A stretch of DNA of 64,000 bases from a virus. Its lineage: Duplodnaviria > Caudoviricetes. Of this stretch, positions 1 through 10,555 are shown in pieces. The stretch's first letter is position 1, and the number at the start of each line of letters is the position of its first letter. The stretch is taken from the IMG/VR virus record IMGVR_UViG_2921473944_000002, positions 32,001 to 96,000 of that record. One strand, 5' to 3'. The notes beneath the pieces are model-generated. The model was not told where the DNA came from, did no database searches, and saw only the letters and a program-made list of their open reading frames with translations. The position numbers and the translations under genes are program-made.

Positions 1-28
1 GTTTGCCCGGTAATCGTAGTTACGCCAC

Positions 29-478
29 TCATATGTGTAAGTCCGTCAGATCCCCAGTATTAAAGGAATACTCTCGAATCATCTGAGTATAATCCTTTTT
101 CGCATCTGCATATGCGTTCCCTACACGCAAAAGCAGTTCGGCAGGAGAGTAGGTTGTGAAATCTTGCGTATTAATAGCATTTTCCAATAACTCCTGCTTG
201 TACACATATGGCTTTAACCACTGTACAATCATTCCTTCTGAAACAATGTCTGCGATTTCAGTTAAATCATCATCCGAAATATCCACGTTAAACATTCTTG
301 TCTCATCATCACCAGTAGTTGAAAAGTCATATTGACAAATTTTCCTAAATCCGCTGATTGCTCGCTTCATGTAACCAATAACGATACTATCTCTATTTGA
401 TTGTTCCAAAGAGAGGAGATCGCGTTCAGTTACTTTTTCGAGAAAAGAGCCGATGAATACGTCGTAAGAAACGCTCAT
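29..478 (-). CDS. Putative head-tail adaptor/virion structural protein
   Basis: 149-aa ORF with GGAGG RBS, two genes downstream of the major capsid gene; assignment is positional only. Confidence 0.4.
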   Translation of the reverse strand: MSVSYDVFIGSFLEKVTERDLLSLEQSNRDSIVIGYMKRAISGFRKICQYDFSTTGDDETRMFNVDISDDDLTEIADIVSEGMIVQWLKPYVYKQELLENAINTQDFTTYSPAELLLRVGNAYADAKKDYTQMIREYSFNTGDLTDLHI

Positions 479-489
479 ACAAGACCCTC

Positions 490-1077
490 CTATCTTTCAA
501 TCAGCTCTACCCCAAGAGATTCCTCTAATGCGGAAATTGCTTTGTTAGAATCAATCGCTCCATCAGCAATCAGAACTCTTGCACGATATGCTACGGATTT
601 CTTCTGACCATCGGACATTCCTCCAATAATCTGAGAGATGGTCTCAGCATCTTTCTGGAAAATCTCGTCGAAATCTTCAATGCGTACTGCGTTTCGATAG
701 AATCTCTGTACGCCGAGATAATCTACGATCCAGTCCTCATCGAACATGAACCAGTTGTTTTCAAAGAATTTCTTATATGAGTTCTTTGCATTCTTCAGCT
801 CTCTGAGTTCCATTTCCTGCTCAGCTCCGAACTGATCCCATACAAATCTTTCTCCTGTATGCTTGCTAATATATACCAATCGCCCCTGAAAACCGTTGCG
901 AACAGTTACATACTGTTCAGGGTCAATATTTTTTGTAACAATAGGCTTCACAGTTTTTTCAGTAGCCTTTCTAGTCCGAGTCTTTCTCTTTGGAGTTTCG
1001 ACAGCTACGGATTCTGTAACTGAATTCTGTTCCACAACCTGAGTTTCAGTTTTATCTTGCATAATTACTCCTTCCAT
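490..1077 (-). CDS. Hypothetical phage protein (head module); true start probably 1062 (MQDK)
   Basis: ORF directly after the capsid gene; GGAAGGAG RBS precedes MQDK. Confidence 0.6.
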   Translation of the reverse strand: MEGVIMQDKTETQVVEQNSVTESVAVETPKRKTRTRKATEKTVKPIVTKNIDPEQYVTVRNGFQGRLVYISKHTGERFVWDQFGAEQEMELRELKNAKNSYKKFFENNWFMFDEDWIVDYLGVQRFYRNAVRIEDFDEIFQKDAETISQIIGGMSDGQKKSVAYRARVLIADGAIDSNKAISALEESLGVELIER

Positions 1078-1082
1078 TCATT

Positions 1083-1107
1083 AACGGGAGCTGCAATGGC
1101 TCCCGTT
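1083..1107. terminator. Stem-loop after the major capsid gene
   Basis: AACGGGAGC-N7-GCTCCCGTT perfect 9-bp inverted repeat. Confidence 0.55.
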
Positions 1108-1122
1108 GTATTTTTATTGCGA

Positions 1123-2139
1123 TTACGCATTCATTTCGTAACGACCAACACCAGCGTTACCACCAGCCAGAACAATACCCATTCCGTATTTCTCACCGTA
1201 CAGGTATTCCTGAGTGAAGTCTGCGTTGTTCATCGGGTCACCCATGAGAACAATCGGACTTCCTTCGTATACGACTTTAATCGGCTTATCATCACCAGCG
1301 ATGATAGTGATAACATCGTCATCGAATACGAACTCAGTAGAACCTACTTTATGGCGCTGCGGAGCAGCTACTACAGGAGTTCCATAGAACTTACCATAAT
1401 ATCCCATATTGTAGAGATCGTCTTTAGCACCATCATTCTGGATGGAAGCTTTCAGTTTACGCAGTGCTTTCTTTGTTCCGATGATTGTAGCCTGCTGTCC
1501 ATTAGCAGCTGCCTCTACGTGAGAGATCAGGTCTAACAGCTCGTCCTCGTCATATGCACCTGCGACCGGGAAGTATGTAGTACCACCGAACTGGTCAGCA
1601 GTAGCTCCACTCCACAGAGTATAGATGTCATTCAGAAGTTTCTGACGGAAAGATTCAGATACTTTGTTGATAAAGTCATTGAAGTCAACACGACCTGCAA
1701 GCACACGATTCAGTTCCTCGTAAATTCTGACTGTCTTGAGAGAAGTCGGAATAGATGTCTCAGATACACCGCCAAGTCTCTGACGTCTGATACCCTGAGT
1801 ACCATCAGCTGCCTCAGAAACTACGAACAGATTTCTATCCTCAACGAGGAAGATGTTCTTATCACCTTCAGGAACATTACGGAAATCAACCAAAGCATTG
1901 AAATATTCATCGCCCTGAAGCCCCTCAACAACAGTTTTGCTAAGTGTTTCCTCCAGAAGAGAGAACAGTCCCGCACATTTACCGTCTCTGATCTTCTTGT
2001 AGTCCAGAACGGTGCTTCCGCCGTTTGCCTCAATAAGAGCCTGTCTAAGCAGCTCCTGAGACTGACCTACGGAATATTTTTCAACCTTGCCTTTATAACC
2101 ATCAACAGCAAGTTTTACAATATCTTTAATTTCAGCCAT
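1123..2139 (-). CDS. Major capsid protein
   Basis: 338 aa, strong RBS, position after terminase-portal-protease-decoration genes, followed by a hairpin. Confidence 0.75.
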   Translation of the reverse strand: MAEIKDIVKLAVDGYKGKVEKYSVGQSQELLRQALIEANGGSTVLDYKKIRDGKCAGLFSLLEETLSKTVVEGLQGDEYFNALVDFRNVPEGDKNIFLVEDRNLFVVSEAADGTQGIRRQRLGGVSETSIPTSLKTVRIYEELNRVLAGRVDFNDFINKVSESFRQKLLNDIYTLWSGATADQFGGTTYFPVAGAYDEDELLDLISHVEAAANGQQATIIGTKKALRKLKASIQNDGAKDDLYNMGYYGKFYGTPVVAAPQRHKVGSTEFVFDDDVITIIAGDDKPIKVVYEGSPIVLMGDPMNNADFTQEYLYGEKYGMGIVLAGGNAGVGRYEMNA

Positions 2140-2155
2140 TATAAAATCCTCCTTG

Positions 2156-2174
2156 TAAATTATTCAATTAGCAT
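2156..2174. promoter_or_regulatory. 19-bp box (TAAATTATTCAATTAGCAT) upstream of the capsid gene
   Basis: 17/19 match to the exact 19-bp repeat at 17234 and 17344. Confidence 0.6.
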
Positions 2175-2186
2175 GACTATTTATTT

Positions 2187-2699
2187 TTAGTCAACTTTGA
2201 TAACATAGTATGTATATCTACCAGCAATCTCAACGTCGATAATTTTTCCAACAGTTGTTGTACTTGCAGTAGCAGCAGCTACTACGTTAAGTTTTGTAGC
2301 TTTGTCAGCAAGTTCTACTACATTTCCTTTTGCAGGAGATGCGAGACCTGTGAGAGCTTCTTTTGTAAGTGAGAAAATATTCCCTGAATGGAGTCTATAT
2401 CCTCTGCAAGCTTTTCCAGCTACGTTGATGAATTCATCCAGATTGCGAAGTCTTTCATCATACGGTACTTCCGGAGCAGCAATTAATACAACCTCACGAA
2501 TTGGTGTATCTTTTGATACCTGCTCTCCAATAAACACTTCACGCTCGCCATCTGCGAGTTCAGAAGCCTTCAGAACGCTTCCGTTTTCAATTTCGGTAGC
2601 AGTTTTCTTATTTTCACCCATATATTTAACAGATACGAGTTCACTACGAACATCAGTACCAGTCATATTGTCTGTTCTAACAACACCATATTTAGCCAT
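2187..2699 (-). CDS. Putative capsid decoration/auxiliary head protein
   Basis: 170-aa beta-rich ORF between the scaffold and capsid genes. Confidence 0.5.
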   Translation of the reverse strand: MAKYGVVRTDNMTGTDVRSELVSVKYMGENKKTATEIENGSVLKASELADGEREVFIGEQVSKDTPIREVVLIAAPEVPYDERLRNLDEFINVAGKACRGYRLHSGNIFSLTKEALTGLASPAKGNVVELADKATKLNVVAAATASTTTVGKIIDVEIAGRYTYYVIKVD

Positions 2700-2714
2700 A
2701 AATTTTTTACCTCC

Positions 2715-4289
2715 TTATTCTTTAGCAGAGAAGCCATACTCCTCAAAAAGACCACCATAAGGCTGGTCTGCCTTGTTATTCTCTGGTGTTTCGATAGGCA
2801 GTTTTGGAGCTTTCTGACTGAAATTCATTTTAGCCTGTACTCCGCGTCTACCACGAATTGCATAACATTTCTCCTCAAGAGCATCCATTTCAAATTTCAT
2901 GCAGTCAGCATCGCAATCTGTTTTCAGATTTTCAAATGCTTCTACGCCTGCAAGGTCTTCAAACTTAGCGAATACTTCCGCAATTTCGGATTTACGAGCT
3001 TTCTCCATATCAGCTGTTTCTGTATCAGCTTTAAATTTACGAAGTTCCTCAAGCTCTGCCTCCATAGAAGTAATCGTCTCAGATGCGTTCTGGTATTTTG
3101 CTTCAAATTCAGCAGAAGCAGCAGATTTGTCAGTAATTACCTGTTCCATCCGCTCAAATACCTGTGCGATAGGAGAAACCTGCTCGCCCTCATCAAAGTC
3201 AGCGATTACATATTTCTTACGCTTTTTGTTCTCAAAATCGATTTCAATACTGTCTCCGTTCATCTTGTAAGAAAATCCATAGAGCAGCCAATCGGTTCTG
3301 TCCCAGCAGTAAACTTCCATAGCGTCAAAGTCGCAATCTACAAAGAAATAGCGACTACATTCGCCCCATTCACACTGGATTTGCTCTGCATCGAGTGCTC
3401 GCATGATTTCATCAACGACGTTACTTGTAAGGGCGAATTTATTTTTATCTGTATCAACCTCTGGGTCAGACTTCTTGTCAGCCTCTGCGATTGCTTTGAA
3501 TTTTTCTTCAAGCTCCTCAACAGTAAAATCATCAATGGAGAAATCAAGAGTATTAACATCAATGCCATACTTTTCAATTAAATTCTGTTTATCCAATCCT
3601 TTACTTCCTCCTTCCATTGAGTATTTGTGTGAGTGTATATTGCCAGTCTCATTAGAGACAGTGACATCTTTTAAACTATCCTTTAGCTCAAGCATCATCT
3701 TAGAAAATTCCTGTTTGAAATCCTGTTTTGAAAATGCAAGAGATGCAGATTCATAGCACGGTTCAACACCGATCAATGCAAATGCTGTAAACTCGAAATC
3801 CTTAATACAGTAAATCCCATTGATGGTTTCACCATCCTTGACGGTAATTTCCATGCTTTGAGCTGTAATTCCATCTTTTTTGATTTTTCTGTAAGCCTCC
3901 TGGCGCTTCCAGATCAGAACCTCAGCGCACAGATACTCGTTTACAGTACCGTCATCTTCCTCGACAGTTTCCCAGTATACTTTTGCTGTCTGTGGAACTA
4001 CGCCAATAGGCTGAGTTAGATTCACAAGAATCAAACTGCCGTCATCCTTACGGACAAGTTCCATGTCATGACCGCCGAGAGTATCAGTCTCTCTGTCGTA
4101 ATTACATACAACTGGACAGTTATAAATCGTCTTGATGCATCTTTCAAATACATCTTTGGAAATAGAACTGCCATTGCGGTTATCTCCCGTATATGCAATA
4201 CGAAGAATCCCGGAATCAAAAGAAGAGTTAATCTCGCATAAATCGGTTAAAGATGATGCATATGTCAGATTTAAAATCTCTGTTTTCAT
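2715..4289 (-). CDS. Prohead protease-scaffold fusion
   Basis: N-terminal protease-like region (NRNGS, GGHD, QSMEI) and an acidic coiled-coil C-terminus; lies after the portal. Confidence 0.65.
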   Translation of the reverse strand: MKTEILNLTYASSLTDLCEINSSFDSGILRIAYTGDNRNGSSISKDVFERCIKTIYNCPVVCNYDRETDTLGGHDMELVRKDDGSLILVNLTQPIGVVPQTAKVYWETVEEDDGTVNEYLCAEVLIWKRQEAYRKIKKDGITAQSMEITVKDGETINGIYCIKDFEFTAFALIGVEPCYESASLAFSKQDFKQEFSKMMLELKDSLKDVTVSNETGNIHSHKYSMEGGSKGLDKQNLIEKYGIDVNTLDFSIDDFTVEELEEKFKAIAEADKKSDPEVDTDKNKFALTSNVVDEIMRALDAEQIQCEWGECSRYFFVDCDFDAMEVYCWDRTDWLLYGFSYKMNGDSIEIDFENKKRKKYVIADFDEGEQVSPIAQVFERMEQVITDKSAASAEFEAKYQNASETITSMEAELEELRKFKADTETADMEKARKSEIAEVFAKFEDLAGVEAFENLKTDCDADCMKFEMDALEEKCYAIRGRRGVQAKMNFSQKAPKLPIETPENNKADQPYGGLFEEYGFSAKE

Positions 4290-4334
4290 CTATAACCTCC
4301 ATAATACAAAGACCCGTATGAATAATCATACGGG

Positions 4335-4511
4335 CTAAAAAGTCAAAGTGTCTGAAAGAACAAAAGTTCCTTCATTCATTGAGAAACATAATTCCTCTTT
4401 GTTTTTAAATACATATATTTTCTTTATGTTATCTGCATTCAGTAGAATATATCCGAGAGACAGGAGAGTGTCTTTATCCGATTCGCCGAAAGCATATATG
4501 AACTTTTTCAT
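4335..4511 (-). CDS. Small hypothetical protein (58 aa, MKKFIYAFGES...SDTLTF)
   Basis: Translated by hand; below the ORF-track cutoff; fills the portal-protease gap with an upstream GGTGGTG RBS. Confidence 0.55.
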   Translation of the reverse strand: MKKFIYAFGESDKDTLLSLGYILLNADNIKKIYVFKNKEELCFSMNEGTFVLSDTLTF

Positions 4512-4524
4512 GAATCATCACCAC

Positions 4525-6036
4525 CTATCCCCAATCAGAACTCTGCTCAGAAGATTGTTCTCCACTATCAGTTAGATCTGTTTCATCCGACGGCGGTCTG
4601 CCACCCTCATCAGTCGGAGCATCACTATCTGTAGCATTGCCACTCATCTGTGTAGAACTTTGAATCGGTCTAAACATATCTTGCAGACCCATAACATCAG
4701 TTTCAAGGAAACTCATAGCATCAAGTTCTGCTTGTCCGAGACCTTGCGATGCAGCGTACATTGCAATAGTAGGCAGCCCATAAGAAGCAGCTTTGAGATA
4801 TGCATCTCCCATTTCTTTCCTGTTATATGGTGATACATCCAAGAAAGTAACTTTGAAATTCTTTCCGTAACTCTGAGCCTGTATAAATCTGTTTACAGCA
4901 TCTTCAATACTTCGCACGATACCAAATGTGAGACTTTGGTCAGCTTTTATTGATAATGAAAGAGCATTTGCAGACGCCTTTTCATTATTAAACAAGAGCG
5001 AAGATACTCCAGCCGATGTGAAGATATTTTGCTCTGCATCTGCAATGGTGTTTGTATCTCCGGTGTTTGATTTTTCAAAACCAATCTTTGTAATAGGCAT
5101 TGGAGTAAGAATAGATCCGACTTCTTCAGGAAGTACAGAATCTAAATTCTGCCAGAATTCCTTTGCTTTATTCAAATCAATACCCCAGTTGCCGTCTTTA
5201 TCCATCGGCAGAGCCATTACAAGCATCGCATAATTTTCCAATGCTGTTTTTGTCAACTTCAATTGTTTGTAATCCTCTAGGTCATACAGCTCTCTTAATA
5301 TACCGATAAACGGAGGAAGAGAGTATGACAAAATATCATTATTGACCTTGATAGCGAATGAAGTTGGCGAATCCAATTCAATCCATCTTGATGTACGCTG
5401 CTTCTGATAGACAGCATACTTTGTTTTAAATTCCTGTGGATAAAATTCAAGTAATGCGCTATGAGAGTCAAAATACGAGAAGTCGAATGATACATTCAAT
5501 ACATTGCCCTCGATTGTGGATATAGCGCAATAGTCACTAGGCAACTGCTGAATAGTGATATTGTCATTTGTTACCCACATAGTTCCATAGAATGTATCCT
5601 CTCGTAAACAGACGGTTAGGATTTTTGGGAACTGCGTCTTAATACTCATTGCTGAAAGAGCATTTAATACCTTTCGATAATTCCGATTTATCGTTTTAGC
5701 ATTACTAGATTTAGGGTCAATCTTATATGGAGATACTACATATGCTAAATCGGACAAGCTTGAAAAATATTGAATAATTCTTCTAAAATGAGAAGAAGCA
5801 CCATATATATATGTAACAGCATTACGAATCTGTTTTTCGTATGTATATGGGTTAGCAAGATACCCCTGTACGTCTTCTTTGGAATACAAAGAGAATGTCG
5901 GGGTGGTAGTGTTATTGTTCAGATCTCTGGTTATCAATCTATTAAGAACAGCAAACTTACTAGAAATACCTATCATACCGGAGAAATCTTTAACACTAGA
6001 ATCTCCAACTTGTTTTTGTTCTGCCATACAATCCAT
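4525..6036 (-). CDS. Portal protein
   Basis: ~500 aa directly after the terminase large subunit; acidic C-terminal tail with GGRP motif typical of portals. Confidence 0.7.
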   Translation of the reverse strand: MDCMAEQKQVGDSSVKDFSGMIGISSKFAVLNRLITRDLNNNTTTPTFSLYSKEDVQGYLANPYTYEKQIRNAVTYIYGASSHFRRIIQYFSSLSDLAYVVSPYKIDPKSSNAKTINRNYRKVLNALSAMSIKTQFPKILTVCLREDTFYGTMWVTNDNITIQQLPSDYCAISTIEGNVLNVSFDFSYFDSHSALLEFYPQEFKTKYAVYQKQRTSRWIELDSPTSFAIKVNNDILSYSLPPFIGILRELYDLEDYKQLKLTKTALENYAMLVMALPMDKDGNWGIDLNKAKEFWQNLDSVLPEEVGSILTPMPITKIGFEKSNTGDTNTIADAEQNIFTSAGVSSLLFNNEKASANALSLSIKADQSLTFGIVRSIEDAVNRFIQAQSYGKNFKVTFLDVSPYNRKEMGDAYLKAASYGLPTIAMYAASQGLGQAELDAMSFLETDVMGLQDMFRPIQSSTQMSGNATDSDAPTDEGGRPPSDETDLTDSGEQSSEQSSDWG

Positions 6037-7783
6037 TCACCGCCTTTCTGTGATAATTTGGAGCTTTGATTATGAACATATCGGATGCTCCGTCTCCGAT
6101 GCTCTGTCGCTTACTCATTTTATTTTCTATTTGCATAGCAACATAGTAGTTATACGAAAGACTGGAATATCTATCTTTACGCATTCCAGCACGTTCTGTA
6201 ATTTTGATTTTCCCACCAGACTCTTCGTATAAAAGTTTTGTCAGCTCATCTACGAGAAGAGTTGTATGGACATATGGAAGCTGAAGTGACATTTTGTCTG
6301 AATCGGAAATTGAATTGTATCCACGTATTTCAGACAGATATTTTTCAGCATCATATTCTGTTGAGAGTAATCTCATTCGACCACTACGGAATGCTTCTCT
6401 TAACATAAAGGCGCAGTCTGAGTTGAACTGAGCACTTGCTTTAATTGACCAAATGACCTTCTTCGCACCGATGACAGTGCATCTCGAAGCCATTTCAGCA
6501 TTATTGCAACACGATAATGCAGGATACAATTCGCCTGTATCCGGGTTGACCATATCTCTTGCTAAAGCATCATATACACCAAGACCAAGCCCGTTTGTAT
6601 CCAGTACAATATAATCACAGTTGTAATCTTCATACAGCTTGCGAATATATAATGCCTGCTCGTCAGTTCTCATTCCTTCACAAGCGTCCGCATATACAAT
6701 ATTGCTTGAATATCGACCAGCTCTTGAAGGCTTCATCTGATTAATAAAGATAGCAGTAGCATCATTATTGTTCTTTCGGCTTGACATTAATGCAATATCC
6801 GCAGAAAGAACTCGTATTTCACCATTGTTTTTCTCTTGAATTCGGATATTCTGAGAATTATTCAGCTTAGAAGCAATTTCGTCTGGCAACATCGGATATT
6901 TAATAGTTCTGTTTTTAGATATAGTAGGGAAGTCAAAGAATGCTCCGTCCTCTGAACCATACCACAGAGCATCCATTTCCATGCTCCATTTGATTTCGCT
7001 AAAATCACTCTCTGACATGTCATCAGCAACAGTCTCAGGGTCGAGTAATCCTTCTTCAATAGACAGTTCGTACGGAAATCCACATACAAATTGATGTCTG
7101 TTTTCATCTTTCATGATATCGAAGGTATCCATGCACTTTGTGTATGACCAGTGGTCTTTGAAATAAGCAGAAGACAAGTACATAGTCAAGTTCTTTTCTT
7201 TTGCATATTCAATCTTTTTCTCGTCATCAGTCAACTCTTCATATCTTGGCATACGCCTTAATGTAAGGAATTTTTTCAAAACAGTATCAATCGTGTCTTT
7301 GGAAATCAGTCGATACTCGTCCAGAAGTAATACATTACACCGATTACCTCTGGCGTTATCAGAAGCAGTAACTACCTTGATGACACTCGTATTGAAAAAT
7401 ACAATCTGTGCATTTGTTCCATTGATTTTCGATTGCTTATCATCTATTTCAGCTCTCAGTTCTTCGGACTGAGGTTTTAGTTCAAGAAGTATCTTTTCAA
7501 GCACGTTGATAGCCTGTCCTCTGGTGCCGGATGCGATACAAATTTTTGTACCAGGATATAAAATACATCTTACGACGCAGTAAATAGCACTGATGTATGT
7601 CTTACCAAGACCACGACAAGCAATTAACACAAACGTGGTACTCCAAAACATCATTGCAAGTAAGATTCGCTGAAATAGTCTTAACTGAATATGTAAATAA
7701 TCTTCGGCAAACTTATCCGGATTGGCACGATAAAAGGCGCCCCATATAGCAGCGCCTTCCATGACAGATTCATATCTATCCAT
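5996..7783 (-). CDS. Terminase large subunit
   Basis: Walker A (CRGLGKT), Walker B (LLLDE), motif III (YLSSA), RNase H-fold nuclease (SADIA...KDRYSS). Confidence 0.9.
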   Translation of the reverse strand: MDRYESVMEGAAIWGAFYRANPDKFAEDYLHIQLRLFQRILLAMMFWSTTFVLIACRGLGKTYISAIYCVVRCILYPGTKICIASGTRGQAINVLEKILLELKPQSEELRAEIDDKQSKINGTNAQIVFFNTSVIKVVTASDNARGNRCNVLLLDEYRLISKDTIDTVLKKFLTLRRMPRYEELTDDEKKIEYAKEKNLTMYLSSAYFKDHWSYTKCMDTFDIMKDENRHQFVCGFPYELSIEEGLLDPETVADDMSESDFSEIKWSMEMDALWYGSEDGAFFDFPTISKNRTIKYPMLPDEIASKLNNSQNIRIQEKNNGEIRVLSADIALMSSRKNNNDATAIFINQMKPSRAGRYSSNIVYADACEGMRTDEQALYIRKLYEDYNCDYIVLDTNGLGLGVYDALARDMVNPDTGELYPALSCCNNAEMASRCTVIGAKKVIWSIKASAQFNSDCAFMLREAFRSGRMRLLSTEYDAEKYLSEIRGYNSISDSDKMSLQLPYVHTTLLVDELTKLLYEESGGKIKITERAGMRKDRYSSLSYNYYVAMQIENKMSKRQSIGDGASDMFIIKAPNYHRKAVNGLYGRTKTSWRF

Positions 7784-8811
7784 TATTCATCACCATCCTG
7801 ACCTTCTGAGTACGCATTTATCAGTAAAGACTCGTCGTCCTCATCTTCGTATTCAGGCTTTTCTACGCGGAGCCTATTGATTTCCTCCTCGTACATCTTT
7901 GTATATCCGTTCTTTACACCACACATTTTGCATATATGTCCAAGCCATGTGAACACATATTTTTTTATACGGTTGACATCCTGTAAAGATTTATCAATTT
8001 CAGGTAATGGACGTTTATTTTCATACCTGAACAGCCATACACCAAGTGGTGTGTTTGCTATTGAAGCATCCAATTCATCAGATTTCTTCTGAGCTGGCTT
8101 GAGGTTTAAACTACCAATCAATGTATTCAGTGAATTTACACTCTTGTCAATAGAGCGTCCGGCAGCAGCATCCTTTGATATACTTACTTCGAGATTACAT
8201 AGTTGCCTCATTAATACGTCACTACCAATATCATTTCCTCCAACATCAGAAAAGGCATCTGGAAATTTTGAACTGTAATATTTGCGACGCTGTTCGAGCT
8301 GCTCGTACATTTCTGGAGAATATCCTGCTCCCCAGAAATCAATTACTTCTTGTGCTACAGCAACCGGCTCATCTATATCTGGCTTGCTTGTGTCGTCTGA
8401 TTCTATATCTTGTGGCTCTGCTACAACCTGTGTAGCATCAAAAGACCACAGTATGCCCTCGTCGAGCAAAGTATCATCATAACTTTTCCCAGCACATGAT
8501 ACGCTGTTTGTGCGAACAATATACTGTGTCATCAATGATCGTATTGAACTTTTTTTGGCAACGCTGTCAAAGATATTTTCGTTCCAATATAAGTCCAATT
8601 TTCGGCATGTTTGCCGTACAGCCATTTTTGAATCCTTGCATTGAGCAAGATATTGGCTATATATTTTATCTATGCATGACCTGCAATACGGAATATATCC
8701 AAGTCCTTTGTATAATTCTCCATAGCTTACCGGGAAGAACCCCTTTCGCTTAGAGTAACCAGTACCGCATGTAGGGCATATTACTTTGTCTGTATTCATT
8801 TCTAAAGCCAT
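7783..8811 (-). CDS. Zn-finger protein, possible terminase small subunit
   Basis: CPTC...CRSC at the N-terminus; translationally coupled to the large terminase gene. Confidence 0.45.
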   Translation of the reverse strand: MALEMNTDKVICPTCGTGYSKRKGFFPVSYGELYKGLGYIPYCRSCIDKIYSQYLAQCKDSKMAVRQTCRKLDLYWNENIFDSVAKKSSIRSLMTQYIVRTNSVSCAGKSYDDTLLDEGILWSFDATQVVAEPQDIESDDTSKPDIDEPVAVAQEVIDFWGAGYSPEMYEQLEQRRKYYSSKFPDAFSDVGGNDIGSDVLMRQLCNLEVSISKDAAAGRSIDKSVNSLNTLIGSLNLKPAQKKSDELDASIANTPLGVWLFRYENKRPLPEIDKSLQDVNRIKKYVFTWLGHICKMCGVKNGYTKMYEEEINRLRVEKPEYEDEDDESLLINAYSEGQDGDE

Positions 8812-9275
8812 TATTCATCACCATCCGTTTCTTCAGGTACTGATGACTCATAACGTGACAACCTTTCAGCCAGAGATAATTCATACATTTTTGCACACAT
8901 CTTTAAATCCTTTCCAGACTCAAATTTTGGCACATATCTTCCAGATACCTCAACTTCTTCATGCGTTACCGGATGCTTGTTTTTTCTTGGCTTCCTATAG
9001 TTCAATGAGAGAGTACCAAATCCTCTGATAGAAATTGATTCACCACGCTTTAAACTATCACCTATAACTGCAAGGCACGTATCCATGACAGCCTCTACAT
9101 CGTCATATGTAAATAGGACGCCTTTATCAGTTTTCTTGACAACAAAATCCTTTGTGTTTCCATCGTCATCAGATATATGGAAGACCTGTTTCTGAGACGA
9201 GACAGGCTTCCGAATATTATTTTCTCGCATTACGTTTGAAATGCGACGGACTAATTCCTTTCTATTCATATCCAT
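8811..9275 (-). CDS. HU/IHF-like DNA-binding protein
   Basis: MNRKEL..., GESISIRGFGT, HPVT, PKFESGKDLK motifs with an insertion. Confidence 0.8.
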   Translation of the reverse strand: MDMNRKELVRRISNVMRENNIRKPVSSQKQVFHISDDDGNTKDFVVKKTDKGVLFTYDDVEAVMDTCLAVIGDSLKRGESISIRGFGTLSLNYRKPRKNKHPVTHEEVEVSGRYVPKFESGKDLKMCAKMYELSLAERLSRYESSVPEETDGDE

Positions 9276-9295
9276 AATCTCCTTTAACTCTTTAT

Positions 9296-10324
9296 CTACA
9301 AATCTCCTAAACCTTTCTGCTCTGGAGCAACAATATCGCCATCTTTAAAGTACATTCCTATCTGTTCATCAGCGTCAATATCCTTATATAGTTGCACCAT
9401 ATCAGATGATTCCCACGCAACGATGCTCTGAATTACTCCGTCCGGTATTCCTGCCTTTGCGAGGCTAGTTGTGAAATAATGACGCAGACTGTGAATATAT
9501 GCAGGCTTGCCTGATAATCTTGAGAATGTGTTTGACCAACTATTGATGGTTGAAATTTGGATATGTTCTTTTGGATTTTTAGCATCCGGGAATAACCATT
9601 CACTATCTCCATATTTGTCCAATCGTATATTTCGCCACATGTCGAGATAAGGTTTGAATTTTTTGGCGAGAGTGTAGCAGTTAATCATTTTCCCGCCGCT
9701 TTTACCCTTGGTTTTGATTGGATCGCTCTTGTAAAGAGCACCATCGCATACTAATTTATCATTATTAAAATCAGAAATTTTAAACCTGCATAGTTCTGAT
9801 TTGCGTCTACCGCTATACATGGCAAGCGCAAGATAGCAGGCTTTCTCGTAATCTTTACGCTCAACTAATTTATTTAGCAGCGATTCAAGTTCTGAGTCTT
9901 CCCAAACCGTTTTTTCTCTAACAGGTTTATTTGCAGGGCTTTCTACTTTATTAATAATGTTCCTAAAGTTTGGAAATTCATCATCGAGAATATTTTCAAT
10001 AAAGTTACTCATTGATGAGAGAGAAGCTTTTAGTCTTCTGATTCTTGCTGGACTATTTTCATTTGAATTGAGCAGCCAATTCTGATAAGCAACAACATTT
10101 CTTTTTGTCCAACTTACAAAGAATGCGTTGTTGTTATGTTGCAAACACCATACAAATGCAATTTGAATGTCGTTTTCATATCCTGCAATTGTTGTTTCGC
10201 TTCTTTGAACCGAGCGAAGATAGTCCTTGAAGTCTTCAAGCAACTGTGTGTTTTCTGGATTCACTTGCGCCAGAAGCTCTTGGCTAGTGATAGAGTTCAT
10301 TTTCGTCTTACGTCCCATGCGCAA
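9296..10324 (-). CDS. Tyrosine recombinase/integrase family protein
   Basis: SGRRKSEL, HSLRH, W...MVQLY catalytic residues; N-terminal SAM-like domain. Confidence 0.85.
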   Translation of the reverse strand: MRMGRKTKMNSITSQELLAQVNPENTQLLEDFKDYLRSVQRSETTIAGYENDIQIAFVWCLQHNNNAFFVSWTKRNVVAYQNWLLNSNENSPARIRRLKASLSSMSNFIENILDDEFPNFRNIINKVESPANKPVREKTVWEDSELESLLNKLVERKDYEKACYLALAMYSGRRKSELCRFKISDFNNDKLVCDGALYKSDPIKTKGKSGGKMINCYTLAKKFKPYLDMWRNIRLDKYGDSEWLFPDAKNPKEHIQISTINSWSNTFSRLSGKPAYIHSLRHYFTTSLAKAGIPDGVIQSIVAWESSDMVQLYKDIDADEQIGMYFKDGDIVAPEQKGLGDL

Positions 10325-10347
10325 GCACCTCCTTTACTATTATTGAA

Positions 10348-10430
10348 TGGGAAGTGATGGAGTCGAACCACCCGAGCCGTTAAGCAACAGATTTACAGTC
10401 TGCACCGCTACCTCTACGGGATAACTTCCC
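10348..10430 (-). tRNA. tRNA-Tyr (GTA)
   Basis: Reverse complement folds into a cloverleaf: GGGAAGT acceptor, CAGACT-GTA-AATCTG anticodon arm, long variable arm, GGTTCGACTCC T-arm. Confidence 0.9.
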
Positions 10431-10449
10431 AAAAAGAAAACCGGGGTAT

Positions 10450-10555
10450 TACACAACTCCGGTTTTATCTGCTATGTAGTTTTTAAATCAATGTCATAAT
10501 GATACACAACTCCGGTTTTATCTGCTATGTAGTTTTTAAATCAATGTCATAATGA
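10450..10555. repeat. Exact 53-bp tandem duplication
   Basis: 10450-10502 repeated at 10503-10555; covers the 3' end of the phosphoesterase gene and half of its terminator. Confidence 0.9.

Noticed and set aside
9296-10430. Recombinase plus tRNA-Tyr as a prophage boundary
   Set aside because: Phage genes continue co-directionally on both sides, and no duplicated tRNA 3' end was found
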